Shown one piece after another: positions 62,968-64,000 of a stretch of DNA of 64,000 nucleotides; the stretch's first letter is position 1, and each line of letters begins with the position of its first letter. Source of the stretch: Verrucomicrobiota bacterium (lineage in GTDB: Bacteria; Verrucomicrobiota; Verrucomicrobiia; Limisphaerales; CANJSG01). Under the pieces are notes generated by a model that searched no databases, had not been told where the DNA came from, and worked only from the letters and a program-made list of their open reading frames with translations. Made by a program: the position numbers and the translations under genes. The DNA lies in assembly GCA_038203875.1 (NCBI GenBank), contig JBBRDN010000001.1:2472-66471 (forward strand), given 5' to 3'.

Positions 62968-63978
62968 ATGGCTGGAACCTGTTTTGTCACCGGAGCCTCG
63001 GGCTTCATTGGCGCGAACCTCGTCCACGCGCTCAACGCGCGCGGATTCGCCGTGCGCGCCCTGCTTCGGCCCGGGGCCGATCTGCGTGGACTCGAAGGTG
63101 CCGACTACGAGGCCGTTCCCGGCGATCTGCTTGATTCACCGACGAAGCTCGCTGCCGCCATGCGCGGCTGCGACCGGTGTTTCCACGTCGCCGCCAGCTA
63201 CCACCTGTGGCTCCGCGACTACGTGCCCATGTATGCCGCCAATGTTGACGGCACGCGCAACCTCCTCACCGCCGCCGCCGAGGCCGGCTGTTCCCGGATC
63301 GTCTACACCAGCACCGTCGGCTGCATCGGGTTGCCCAAAGCGGACGGGCAGGGACGCTTCACACCGACCGACGAAGCCACGCCCGTCTCCGAGGCGCAGA
63401 TGAGCAACCACTACAAGATCTCCAAGTGGCGCGGCGAAGTCGTCGCCCGCGAATTTGCCGCGAAGGGATTGCCCGTTGTCATCGTGAATCCCAGCGCGCC
63501 CGTCGGTCCGCGCGACGTGAAACCCACGCCCACCGGCAAGGTCATCGTCGACTTCATCCATCGCCGGATGCCCGCCTATCTCGACACGGGCTTGAACTGG
63601 GTCCACGTCCGCGACGTCGCTGAGGGTCACATCCTCGCGGCGGAGAAGGGCCGGATCGGCGAGCGCTACATCCTCGGAAACGCCGACGGCAACTGGTCGA
63701 TGAAGGAGGCGTTGCTGGCCTTGCAGGAGGTCTCCGGCGTGCCCGCGCCGAAGATGCGCGTGCCCTACTTCGTGGCCTACGCCGCCGCCGTGGTGGACGA
63801 AGGCGTCTCCAAGCTGACCGGCAAACCGCCGAAGGCCCCGTTGGCCGGCGTGAAGATGGCGGCCTACAAGATGTGGTTCAGCCCGGCCAAAGCCATCCGC
63901 GAACTCGGCTTGCCGCAGACATCGCCCAAGCAGGCACTGGCCGACGCAGTGGAATGGTTCCGGGCGAAGGGATATTGA
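62968..63978 (+). CDS. NAD-dependent epimerase/dehydratase (hopanoid-associated sugar epimerase HpnA-like / dihydroflavonol reductase-like)
   Basis: FVTGASGFIGANLV, and YxxxK as YKISK. The start is taken at MAGTCFVTG. Confidence 0.8.
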   Translation: MAGTCFVTGASGFIGANLVHALNARGFAVRALLRPGADLRGLEGADYEAVPGDLLDSPTKLAAAMRGCDRCFHVAASYHLWLRDYVPMYAANVDGTRNLLTAAAEAGCSRIVYTSTVGCIGLPKADGQGRFTPTDEATPVSEAQMSNHYKISKWRGEVVAREFAAKGLPVVIVNPSAPVGPRDVKPTPTGKVIVDFIHRRMPAYLDTGLNWVHVRDVAEGHILAAEKGRIGERYILGNADGNWSMKEALLALQEVSGVPAPKMRVPYFVAYAAAVVDEGVSKLTGKPPKAPLAGVKMAAYKMWFSPAKAIRELGLPQTSPKQALADAVEWFRAKGY

Positions 63979-64000
63979 ATGCTCTCCTGTTTCACCAGTA

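Noticed and set aside
1-64000. CRISPR arrays, rRNA or tRNA genes, transposases, integrases, prophage or toxin-antitoxin/defence modules.
   Set aside because: No regularly spaced direct repeats, no rRNA- or tRNA-like conserved strings, and no ORF with recombinase, transposase, phage or known defence-system motifs were seen on either strand.

Overview
High-G+C bacterial chromosomal segment. The gene content looks like the PVC superphylum, most likely Verrucomicrobiota: a 1199-aa PVC-type CxxCH heme-binding dehydrogenase-domain protein, a Cys-type sulfatase, Tat-signal enzymes and many beta-propeller lipoproteins. I call about 60 protein-coding genes, mostly housekeeping. They include a partial Mla-like ABC/MCE operon, OMPLA, an amidase, a P1B metal ATPase, era, two M16 peptidases, galE, hisF, an argA-like gene, a UvrD-type helicase, ubiE, trxA, a YjhG-type dehydratase and the rpmH-rnpA-yidD-yidC-jag cluster. 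rpmH is too short to appear in the ORF track. Most long ORFs antisense to these genes are high-GC shadow ORFs. I found no rRNA, tRNA, CRISPR array, transposase, integrase or recognisable defence system. Second-look items, all small and local: (1) Two 93-nt imperfect palindromes, plus one degenerate shorter one, end in integron attC-type core sequences. Each sits just after a small AT-richer ORF, giving an integrase-less cassette cluster at 19.4-20.3 kb. (2) At two independent loci the last ~105-125 bp of a gene (GHMP kinase, sulfatase) is duplicated as a direct repeat around a ~1.0-1.3 kb co-oriented accessory ORF. (3) A four-segment terminator/antiterminator leader lies upstream of an EamA transporter, at the end of an ~830-bp non-coding tract full of REP/MITE-like hairpins. 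(4) An RRM RNA-binding gene keeps its reading frame but carries two in-frame stop codons. (5) The Mla-operon ABC ATPase has substitutions in all four catalytic motifs. (6) A beta-lactamase-fold domain is fused to a NamZ (DUF1343) domain. All functional calls rest on motif recognition by eye; no database search was run.
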